NCBI GenBank assembly: GCA_028534125.1
Contig: CM052822.1
Location: 77,996,001-78,060,000 of the forward strand
Direction: 5' to 3'
Length of the DNA stretch: 64,000 bases
Source of the DNA: Lama glama
Taxonomy: Eukaryota
A program made the translations under genes and the position numbers. Shown here piece by piece: positions 49,940 through 60,800 of this stretch. The notes under the pieces are model-generated. The model worked only from the letters and a program-made list of their open reading frames with translations, was not told where the DNA came from and ran no database searches. Each line of letters starts with the position of its first letter. Within the stretch, counting starts at the first letter, position 1.

Positions 49940-51574
49940 GCTTTCAGCCCTGAGCTAACAGCAGTGCGGATTAGCTATTGTGCCTGTGCTGATTTGTTTC
50001 TTTCTGCCTTTTTTCCCTCCCCCTTCGGCCAATTTTGACATGGCAAATTTTATCAGGAAAAAAAACGAAATAAAGAAATGCCCGGCTGTGTCAGAGGTGA
50101 GGCACTTGTGTTCCGAGCATCTGCAAGAGGCCATGTGTGCCAGGGGAGAGTGAACGGCCGGGGTCGGGATCCAGGACCCTGGGGGGCACCCGGCCCCCAC
50201 TCAGGAGCGGGGCCGACACGTTGTCTGGTGCACGTCTTCTTGTCCCCTGGTTATAACTGGATATTTACCATCTGGACCAGAGTTGTAAACGTGTTCTTAA
50301 TTGTGGCTCAAGAATCACAAATGCGAGAAAGGAAGAGTCCTCTTCCGGGAGGAAGGTGGCCCCAGCGCCGTTTCCGCGCACGTTTCGTCACTCGGCCGCC
50401 CCTTGTCAAGCAGGGCTGGGCTCGTGCCCACGAGCGCTTGGAAGTGCAGGACGCTGACATTTGTACCCTTGGCAAAATCCTCCGACTTCAGGAGAAAATG
50501 AGAGTTCCCTTTCAGGACGCCGGGAGCCCTGTGACCGCACGAGTGTGCTCTGAGCTTCCGATCTGGAGGCCCGAGGACCCGTCCCTGTCGGCGCGCCTGC
50601 AGGCTGACTTTCTCCAGAAGGGCCGCTGAGTTTGGCCTCAACACATTTCTCAAACAAATGGTTGGAAAAGCTGTGGTTGGAAAGAGACTCATTCCACCTG
50701 TGTGCTGTGGAGGTGGGGCTGCAGCCAGGCCGGCCCTCGCCGCTGTCACAAGTGCCTGCGGTCTCGCTCCTGGTGTCAAGGGCTTCCTCGCTTTTCTTCT
50801 GTGCTTGTTAACTCACAAAGCACGACTCTCCCCAGATCCACTGCGGAGACCGCTGCCTCCCTGCTCCCGGCTGGGCTCCGTTTACGGGTGAAAGATGCTT
50901 TAGTCCACTCTTTCCAGGGGGACCATCCTCTGCTGTCACAGACCGACACGGAAACACACACACGCACACAGACTCAGACACACCCACACAAGCAGACACA
51001 CACTCACAGGCACACGTGTGCACTTCTTGACTGAATGGATGGACTTGGTGTCGGGCCTTGGGAGATCTAGTTCCTTTTTATCCCAGGCTGAAAGGAATAT
51101 TCTGGGAGGCAGGTCTAGATGATGGCGCACAGGTCCTCCCCGAGACGGGCGAGTGTGGAGCCCAGGGGCGCGGCCCTCAGCACGAGTTTTCTTTGACTGG
51201 ATCAGCTCTTCCAGGTTGGGAGTAACCCGTGTGAGTGCATGAGCCGCTGACTTTCACCCAGAGGACTCCCCTTGTGACCCCAGGCTGTGTCCCTGCTCAT
51301 GACGGGCCCCAGCTGAGCATCCACATGGGGTCCCGAATGCTGGCCACGTCGCTGGTGCCGAGACCCCGCCCTGCACAAACACTCCGTCTCAGAGTGTGTG
51401 TGGTGGTGCTGTGAGGGTTCGAAACCTGGTTTGAATGAGTTTGTATCCCTGGCTTCCCCTAGAGGTGCAGTTAGAGGCGGGCACTACGCAACAAGGGAGC
51501 TCAGCTCCTAGACTTAACCGTGTTTATTCTGAGGTAGCGAACACTTCTGAAACCAGGTTAAAAGTTGTACTTGC

Positions 51575-51628
51575 CTGCAGTGGACAATTATTGGACAAGA
51601 ACGGCCCCTGTAGCACTTGTTTACTTTT
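51575..51628 (-). CDS. PTPRN2: PTPRN2 coding exon (about exon 20), 54 nt, phase 2/2: (R)KVNKCYRGRSCPIIVHC(S), with a GC 5' splice site
   Basis: Acceptor tctttatttcag|AAAAGTA; donor TGCAG|gcaagt; frame continues from the previous exon (AG+A = Arg); encodes the PIIVHC half of the P-loop. Confidence 0.95.
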
Positions 51629-54392
51629 CTGAAATAAAGAGAGACAGAGAAGTTACAGTTATGCACTCTGCCTCTTGCGGCCACCACCCCAAAGAACAAA
51701 CAGAACAGCTCCGGGACGTCCTTTTGCCACAGCCCGTTTTGACAAAGGAAATCAGAACTACACACGCGTTTTCAAAGGTTTATTTTTCTTTTCAAGGTTA
51801 GTTGTTCAACAGACCTTTGAAACATTCCTCACATTTTCAGTGTTCCTTCTCCCTTTACAGGTGTGAGCTCTGGCCTGAGGTCCGTGCCCCCCCCCCCAGC
51901 CTGGCTGGCCCTGCCCTGCCCTCCCCCACGCCCCGTGCTGCTTCAGCTCATGTGGCGTCCTTGCTGCTGCTGCAAAACGTCTAGATGCCTCACTGAAAGT
52001 TCTGGTTTTGCCATTTCTGCTCCAGATTTTTTACAGACTGGGCAGCACCCTGGAACGTAGTATCACCTTGGTATCTCGCAAAGCATCTCACAGACACTTT
52101 TTGGTCGGTCAGTTTTGCAAGGATATCTAAATCACAGAGAGACCGCAGTTACACCCAAGACGAGTCTTTCTATTTTCATGAATTTGATCATGTTCAAAAG
52201 CAACTCTGTGGTGCAGACTTTAGATCAGAGTTTATGAAAACGAACAATCAGCATAGAGGAAGGTTCTGTAACCGAGTCCTCAATCAAAGCAGCGCCGATT
52301 TAAAATTCACTGTATAAGCTTGACCTTTTTGGTAATTCAGTGAAACAAATAAACAGGTTTACAAAGTGTATCAAAATTCACAGTGAAGTATTTCTAAATA
52401 AAGAAAATCAAAGACAGAATTTTGGTTAATTGGAAGGGAAAATGCATGAAGGGTGTGCCCTAAAATGTGTGGTATGAATTTCCACAAAATGACATGAAGC
52501 AAAATTTGGAATAGTGACAGAGCAGAGGACTCCGTCCCCAGCCGGAAGCGGGACGGCCACAGCTCTCTGCAGAGGCTCGCCTGCTCAGCACAGAACAGTC
52601 CGTTGATAGTGAAAGTCCAGCTGGCCAGCTTTTCTGCTACAAATGCCTAAAAGCCGAGGGGAAAAGGAGGCGGGGCGGGGAGGCGGAGCAGGAACTGACT
52701 GGCGAGCAGAGGGGGTGTGGCCGGTGTGGAGCCCGGCGACGGGGTTGTTCTGCTTTCCTGCTTCTGCTGTGGAGCGAACAGAATGAGGTCCCGCTGCAGG
52801 GAGCCCCCGTCCCCCTGAGCAGCACAAGGTGGGTGGCGGGAGGCACCTGAGGAGCGCCCCACCCAGGCCCAGCAGGGCAGCACAAGCCCTGTATGCCCCG
52901 AGTCTAAACCCAACATGGAAGCTGTGGGCCTCGAAGAGCTGGGGGGTGAGCACCCAGAACACGGGCAGCACAGGCCCCCGAGGCCACGTCGCCGTTCCTG
53001 CCGGAGCCTGGCCTTGTTTTTGACGTGCACCCTGATATTAAGGTTCAGGGGAGGTGAGCAGAGGAAGGTGGGCTTATTAAAGTCGAAGGCACGTCAGTGC
53101 CTGAATGCCCTCAGCCTTCCCTGCCCTTTGAGGATGAAACAGATCGGAAAATAGACCCGCTTGCTCCTCCTCCTCCTCAAATCTCCTGTTCTCGACTCGG
53201 GTTGTCAAGGCAACGTGAGCTTCAGTTCCGACAAATAGGTGCCAGGCCAGAGGACGAGCCTCCCATGTGCGCGGCGGGGCGCCCGCCAGCTCAGTGAAGG
53301 CCGTGCGCATGCAAGTGTGCAGACGTGCGCTGTGTCCCGGCAGGTGCACAGGCGCGCGTGCGTGCACTAGGGCTGCGTGAGCTCACCCGTCAGGCCAGAG
53401 CTGGCGGCTCCGCACCTCCCAGCCGTGTGCTGCCGGGGAAGCTCTCAGTCGCTGAGTCTTTGCAGTGGGGGCCGCCTCGGCTCCGCAAATTCGGCATGTC
53501 GGTGCTCCCGGCCTGATGGTCTGGCCTGCGTTTCTAAAGACTGAACTCGACTTTTGGTCAATTGCTAAGTTTTGCTCTCTCTCTTTTTTTTTTTGATGGG
53601 ACCAAGCACAGAAAAGGTATGTTAAAAAAGAATAAACATACCAACCAGAGACCCTTCTTTAAATGGTCCTGCTTTCAGGAAACAAGAATGGAAGGAGTCG
53701 GCAGGCAGAAGTGCTCCATCTACACCGGCCAGGCCCTGCTTTGACAAAATGCAGCAAGAATAACCTCCTTGGCTGAGACGTGCTGCTAACAGGCGACCTG
53801 CTGGCTGCCTTGGCTGTGCCTTGCCTCTCAGTCCTGCAATTCCTGTCTCTACGGCACGTCTAAAACATGACTGTCTCCAGCAGGGCTGTGCCTGGGCAGG
53901 ACCAAGGAAGGTTTCACTGTAATGTCAGTGTCCAAGCCGGCCCCGCCCTGTGCTAACCCTATTTACAAGCAGCCCCAGGCAGTCGAGGAGACGCGCAGTG
54001 AAGACATGTGTGCTGCTGCGGTGGAGAAGTTTATTCACAGAGGGCCAAGCACTCGCATCATCACAGCACAGAGCACCAGGTCAGGGGGCAGGGGCACCGC
54101 AGAGTCAGCAGAGGCGTCCATCTGGTTGACCCGAGGGAGTGGTGCACACGATTGGTGAAGATGAGCGGTGCACAGCGGTCTTATTTTACTTTTTCTAGAA
54201 CAAATCAACAGGAAGCAAAAGGCCGTGGACACCGAGGACACGGATGTCGTATACACTCCACAGGAGGAACGCACTGAGAAAGAACGGTTAGTGATACAAA
54301 CCGACCCGCCGGGCACTGAGTGAGAAGGAACCGCCGTGCAACCAACCGCAAGCAGGGCTCAGAGGTCGTTAGAGGCTCAGAAAGGGGCTTCC

Positions 54393-54524
54393 NNNNNNNN
54401 NNNNNNNNNNNNNNNNNNNNNNNNNNNNNNNNNNNNNNNNNNNNNNNNNNNNNNNNNNNNNNNNNNNNNNNNNNNNNNNNNNNNNNNNNNNNNNNNNNNN
54501 NNNNNNNNNNNNNNNNNNNNNNNN
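54393..54524. other. Assembly gap, 132 N, in the intron that hosts MIR153-2 in other mammals
   Basis: Run of N between the VNLVSE and KVNKCY exons. Confidence 0.95.
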
Positions 54525-54593
54525 TGTCCACTCTTACAGTGAGCAGCGTTAGTGGTGTCATTGCGCACAGCGGACATGAGCAGCACAGAGGAT

Positions 54594-54630
54594 GGAGAGA
54601 GAGAGAGAGAAAGAGGGAGAGAGAGAGAGG
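54594..54630 (+). repeat. Interrupted (GA)n microsatellite
   Basis: Directly visible, about 70 bp right of the 132-N gap. Confidence 0.9.
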
Positions 54631-56540
54631 GAGCTCTTCTGCAGCAAAGACCTCAACATGTGATGCTAATTATCTCTTAGCTTAGCAGCTTCTCTTTAAA
54701 GTGTAAATGTGCTCCCTCTGGGCGCCAGGAAGATTTAATTACACATCTCGGTGTCTGAGGAACACACAAGCCGGAGCAGGGGCTGCTGGTCTACTGCTCC
54801 AAGGAGGCTGAGCAGCCCTGTCGCGTGGAAATGACCAGCGTCTTCCGCGGGGGCAGCCGCGCCTCCCGGTTCCGGACACCTGGGCGCTGTTGTACAGAGG
54901 AGATCCCAAAGCAGCAATCCGTGTGTAAGCGTCACGGGCCCTGAGAACGCGCTGTCCCAGGGTCCGGGGCCCGCGGGAACGGCCTCGCCGCCACGTGAGG
55001 GCAGGAGGCGCTGGCTCTAACGGACGCCCCAGCCCTGTCTGGGCTCACCGTCCTTTCAGCTGACACAGCCTTCTGGGGCCCTGTCCCCTGGGACTCTGCA
55101 CAGAGGGGTTTGGGAATTCGACGTTTCTTCGTGGTGAACTGCGAGCACAGAGGCTGGTTCTGTGTTGTGCACGTCCCTGTGGGGATGTGGAGACAGACCC
55201 GCCCACACGCACACATGTACAGACACGCCAGCGGGGCGTGAAGACCAAGAGAACGGGGAAGCCGCGGCCCGGCAGCTACGCCCTCTTTGCCAGCAATGAC
55301 TGTGGTTTGAAGACTCCATCTCGGGAGATGTGGACGAGGTAAGGTCTTTAGCAGTACACTTGCACTAAGAAAACGTAAATAATGGCCAGGCTACCAGGAC
55401 GGATGAGGGAGGACCTGTTCCAGGTGCGTCCAGGTCTCCGTGCGGTGCCCCTGGGGAGGGGACGCTGTGTCACAGGGGTGACAAACGCTCGTCTCTGCTG
55501 GAGCTCTTTCCCATGCTATTTGACACAAAGAGCTACTCAAATTAAAAAAAATTGTTTTGCTTTTCAAAAGTGGACTAACAGGCAAAAGAGGTGGCATCAG
55601 AATCACTTTCAGAATCTGAGGCACAAATTCAGGAAACCCAGGTACGCCTGGAACCCCACCTTGCCGACAACTCCTGCCAGTTCAGCCTCCCTCCGGTTAC
55701 AGGACTGCGGGCTCTTCAGACACAAACCGCTTTACGGTCACGTGCAGTTAAGGGGATTCAAGTGCATTTTGTCCTTACTCTCGAATTCCTGGTTTGAATA
55801 CTTATCTGTTCCCCGTCCTAGGTGGGTCTCCAACCAGATAAACGAGAGAGGCTCTAGAAAGCTCGGCGCCTGCTCCACATGCCGTTTGCGGTTCACCGGC
55901 TTCGTTCTCTCGGCAGGTGCTTGTTCATCCACCACCACCGACAGCCAGCGCCCACCGACTGCCGTCACCAGCTCTGACGTGCAGGCAGAGCTTCTGTCCT
56001 ACGCTCTGCTTTTCCTTTTGCGTTGTCAGTATCCTCCTAGCATTTATTCAGTCAACACACTCTAAAACCATGGCCTGATGGGCGACCGGCTGACTAGAGC
56101 TTGAACGAAGGACTGGCTGTTTTTAAACTGGCAGCTTCAAAACTGCACTGCAATTACGTGGTCACGTGCTAACTCCAGCCAGGCGTTCATCCGAGACCGT
56201 CCAGTTCAGAATCTGGGCCTACACCTAACTCACCGCCGTGTCTAAGCAGATGAGTATCCAGACTAACATCCTGTGACGTCACCACTTGAAGGCCCACGGA
56301 TCCAAGATCTCTGTCCCCCTCACTCTGTAACCCCGCGAAGGCTAGAAGACACCTTGCAACTAGTATGTGACTAAATGTAACTCCCCTCCCTTCTGCCGCA
56401 TAAAACATAAATGCATCTACAACATGCACGTCTCACAGCCGTTGGCACCGCAGACACGGCAGCCCTGGCGCTGAGCGGCCCTCCCTCCCCTGGCGCCCAC
56501 GCTCCGGACGCCTCCCTGGCCAGCGGGCTGCGGGTTTTAC

Positions 56541-56707
56541 CTGCGGAAGTCCAGGAGGGACCGCGTGGAGGCCGGCACGGCCTGGTCGTGCCAGCTCAGG
56601 AAGTGGAACTGGCTCACGGTGCGCGTCTCACTGGTCCGCAGGTTCTTCAGGTAGAAGCTCCTCACCAGGAAGTCCTCGCACCAGATGTGCTCGGAGACCA
56701 GGTTCAC
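56541..56707 (-). CDS. PTPRN2: PTPRN2 coding exon (about exon 19), 167 nt, phase 0/2: [55 protein letters not shown](R)
   Basis: Acceptor cctcccccag|GTG and donor CGCAG|gtaaaa; IA-2 family sequence including the WPD-loop equivalent. Confidence 0.97.
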
Positions 56708-57749
56708 CTGGGGGAGGGGCGGGGCGGGGACAGAGGCAGGCGTTGGCCGGGAGCCCGAACACCACGGAGCCAGTGGGCGGGGAGGGGGGCGGGGTGTGGG
56801 CGTGACCGCAGCGGCAGGCGGGCGCCCACCTTCCCAGCTGTGACACGTTGTGCACAAACCATTGCTGCCTGGTTGTTTTTCTTAATTAAAAAAAATTTTT
56901 TTTATTAAATTTTTTTCTTAAATGTTTTAAAATTTTTTCTAAATTTTTTTGTCACTGGAGGGCCCAATTATTTGAAAAATTAATTGAAAAAAGTGGTACA
57001 ATCCGAAACTATTTAGTGTTGGTCTTTTCTAAGCCATTTAAACCTTCAAGAAAAATCATCAGAGAAAAATTACACTTCTGACCAGAAACAGCAATGGGTT
57101 CCACCCAGCGGGGCCCCACTCGCTCTGAGACTTCACCATAGACAAGCTCCCAGCTCAGGGCAGGGACCCGAAAGCCTCAGCCGACTCGGGGAGGACTCTA
57201 CGCTTCCAGCCAGGTTTCTGCTGTGGGTCTTGGGCGTTCTGACTAATTTCAGAGCCCGACACGGCTAAAGGAGGCGCTGGGCACTGGCTTAACTGCCGGG
57301 TTTATTTAGCCCCTTCTCGACGTGGACAGAAAGTCCAGGAGAAACAAGCTCCCAGCAGGTGACCCCCAAGTAAAGGGCCAAGCGTCACGAACACAGACGC
57401 CCGCGACCCTCGAGGGCCCGGTGCGGGGGCCAGCCACCAAGACTTAGGGTCACCGGAGGCCTGTTATCCAGAACTGGGCTCAGCTGACCACCCAGTGAGG
57501 TCATTTTTGAGGTCCTTTCTGTCCGAACTTAGATTCATAAAACTTGAAAATGAAACCCATGCCATTCTGCCAGTCCCTGGGGCACAGCTGCCTGGAGGGT
57601 CTGGGTGTCTGCTGCCTGTGGGAGGGGATGCCTCCTGTGGGCACCGACTGCCCGGTGAGGCCTCAAGGGACAGCAGCCAGTATCTGCACAGGGCAGGCCC
57701 ACCCGCACCCGCCATGGCCCATGGCCTGTGGCGCCTTTGGGGCCAGTAC

Positions 57750-57869
57750 CTCGTAGATGTGGTAGAGGTTGGAGCCTTCATCCGGCCAGTAGTGGTAGCA
57801 CTGCCTGACGCCGTTCTCCGAGAGGGGGGTCAGCATGACGATGACCACGCAGCCACTCTCCCACACCAT
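57750..57869 (-). CDS. PTPRN2: PTPRN2 coding exon (about exon 18), 120 nt, phase 0/0: [40 protein letters not shown]
   Basis: Acceptor ggtccacag|ATG and donor GAG|gtactg; contains PTP-domain motifs IVMLT and CxxYWP. Confidence 0.97.
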
Positions 57870-60800
57870 CTGTGGACCGAGGATGCCAGCGTGAGTGGCT
57901 GCGCCCTGCACCCATGGAGTCCGTGCACTCAGAGTCCAGGTCGACCCCGTTCCCAGGAATGTAGCTCATTTCCATTCCGCGGTTCACCCTGCCGCCCCGC
58001 CTGCCTCCTGAGTCTGCTGGCCCCGTGTTCTGCACGGGCCATAAAACGCCTTGAAGAACCTCGGGAACTCCTGCCGCGCCTCTCAAAGCTCCCCGGCGCT
58101 GCGCTCCGCCGCCTGCCCGCCCCACTTCTCACCTGCCAAGGGGGCTTTCCGGAACACAGCACAGAGCAGGGGCAGGGCGCGGGCGCGCGCGGCCCACGGC
58201 GGGCGGGCTGACCCGGCAGGGACATGCCGGGACGCCGGGACACGCTGACTGTTCAGGTGCTGTCGTCACTTCGTGGGACTAGGGCCACCGTTCGCGCAGT
58301 GAGGCTGCTGTCCTGTCAGAAGTGCGCTCTGAGAGGACCTCCCCCAGGGCATGAGCGGGAGACGCCCCAGCCGCGTTTCATTTACTTCTCCCCAAACAGA
58401 TGCAAACACACGCAAACATGACGTGCCTCGTCACGGCCACACCAGCGCCGGCTCCTGGACACAGGAAAGCAACGGTCCCCTGAAAACGTGCGGGGACGAC
58501 AAAGGCCCGAAGCCCCGGAACCGGCTTGTCTTCAAACGCGACTCAGCACGACCGTGCGGCCCACGCGCTCGCTGGCTTTTTAAATTACACGTGAGGAGGG
58601 GTCTGCTCCTCCCGTGGTGGGTCGCATTACCTTCGCAGAAACATCTGTAAGCAACTGCATCTGGATGTAAATTTTGAGCCCAAGGGAGCGTCTGTTTCTT
58701 TCTAAATACAGATTTAACAAGCCAATGAAGGTCTCATTTAAAAGAAATCCACGTATCTCACCTAGAAAACGTTTTCTCTTCGTGTTCTTGTTACGAAGTT
58801 CCCCCTTTTAAATCACACTTAAAAAAATCAGACGTGCGCGGTATCTTCCTCTTTTGATATTGATTTATACTCCCCCGTGCCAGGAACAGTCAACATTCGG
58901 AAGGCACCTCACTGCGTTTCATTTATACCACAATTGCGTGGGACTTGCCGAAGTGTCGACAAGAAAGCCCACGTCAGCATGAATGATGTTCAGGCCACAC
59001 ATCTCCTTCTCCTCAGCGCAAACCCAGCCAGACGGGAATTCGAAGCAGGGACCCCATTTTGAGCTTTTCAGCCCCTCAGATCTGCCCCACTAACGGGTCC
59101 CTCCAGCACATGACAATTTAATGCGCCTTCACAAGGAGGAGACGCTCACTGGAGCCATCACAAAAATGAGGAGAAACACAGATTTTTATGAACATAATAA
59201 AAATACAATGATCCAGACCACAAACTATCGTCGAACAGCCTGCCTGGGCCACCCAAGCACGGCTTTCGGAAGCCCCTCACCTGAGGAGGGTCCTTCCGCT
59301 CAGGGACCCGGCTGGCTCTCTGAAGGTCTCGGGGAGACTCAGCCCGAAGGAAGCTTGGTTTAAACAAACGCCTTAAGGCACTCTGGGGGATGATATCTCT
59401 CTTTAGGTCCCCGTGTGAAAGCAGAGAAGAGGGTTTACTAACCCAAACAAATCCCAGCCCACTCGGGCACTGGCATCACATGGCTGCGCCCGGCTCTGCC
59501 CGCGGGGCCTTGGATCCGTGCGGGAAAACCACCGCCTTCCCCGCCTCTTCCCACCTCCGGCCTCGCTGCCTGAGCAGCCGACCCTCAGGACACACCAGCG
59601 GCGCTCAGTGCGTTTCCGCGGGGCCGCCGGACGCCAGCAGAGACTCCAGGTCAGGCGGCGCCCTTTCTGAAGAGGGGACGTCCCACTCTCGCGTCTTCCC
59701 AGGCTTGGTTTTGGCAGGGTCCTGCCCGACACCAGGAAGGTGCTGTTTTCAAGCCAAGTCTTTGAGAAACTGAAATCCTCCTCTTCCAGGAAGCAAAGAG
59801 CCCCCAGAGTCCCCACCTGACCTTGCTGGAGTCCACTGGAGTAAGCAGTTGGCTGAATTACAGAGCAGAACTCTGTGATTACAGAACTCCAGCAGTGGTG
59901 ATTTCCAGCACCTTCCGTTTGGTTCCGTGTCAGAGGACACAGCATGCGTGGTCCCTGCCGGTTCACCGGGCACAGTTACTGAGCACCAGGCATGAGTCAG
60001 GAGATCAGAGGCCACGGTGGGGGTGGCGAGAGGTGGCCTGGCCGAAATCATCCTGCGAGGCGTAAACAGGGGACTTCCCCGCACAGGAAGCAGAGCCGCC
60101 ACCCCAGGGTGGACAAAGCGCCAGTCGGGCAGAAATGAGCCCGGGCGCTGGCTCGCGAGCATCAATCCTTGGTGCTCGTCCGGAGCAGGATGGGCACTCT
60201 CGGGCCCTTCTGCGAGCTTCCCCGCGGACACGCCAGCCGGCCTGGGGAGCCCACCTGGCGGCCTGTTGCTGCCCGGCACGTGGGGGCGGGAGTGGTGGGA
60301 GCCTTCCCCGTGATGGTGCCCCCACCTCCCCGCTGGCGGCTAGGGGAGCAGGAGCAGCCAGCCCAGCCATCCTCGGTGACCGTGAGACATGCGGCTACAA
60401 CCACCTCTGTGAGCCCGCCTGGGCCGAGCCCCTCAGGGGTGACATCGAGAAGAAGCCACGAGGACAGCACAGCTGACGCCACGCAGCCTGGGACCCCGGT
60501 CACGGTCATCAGCCAAGCAAGGGGGACGTTAACACTCCGTTGTTCAGACAGTTGGCCCCAGTGACAGGAGATACATACTGGGAAATAAAACCCATATTTT
60601 ATGGCAAGACAAGAAAAATCTGCCCTTTGACCTCCTCTCTGCGCGCTGCGCACCATGCATCTGCACTAGGTATCGCCGAGCCTCCCCCGCCGGCAGGAGC
60701 ACCTGCTCAGCCCAGCATCCTCCCAGCATCGACAAGACAGCCCCGTAAAAACCACGTTCCTCCTTGATTCTGTGCGGGGGCACATGCCGCACCAGGAGGA

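Noticed and set aside
48824-50038. 404-aa ORF and others spanning N runs (also 54205-54685)
   Set aside because: Artefacts of translating through assembly gaps.
34382-57869. Identification as PTPRN (IA-2) or as a pseudogene
   Set aside because: Diagnostic residues and multi-kb introns fit PTPRN2. All visible exons have intact frames and splice sites, and the only discontinuity coincides with an assembly gap.
59156-59169. catcacaaaaatga, a 14-nt match to the reverse complement of the miR-153-2 5' arm as recalled
   Set aside because: No matching 3' arm (gactatgcaa) or hairpin nearby, and it is in the wrong intron; chance match.
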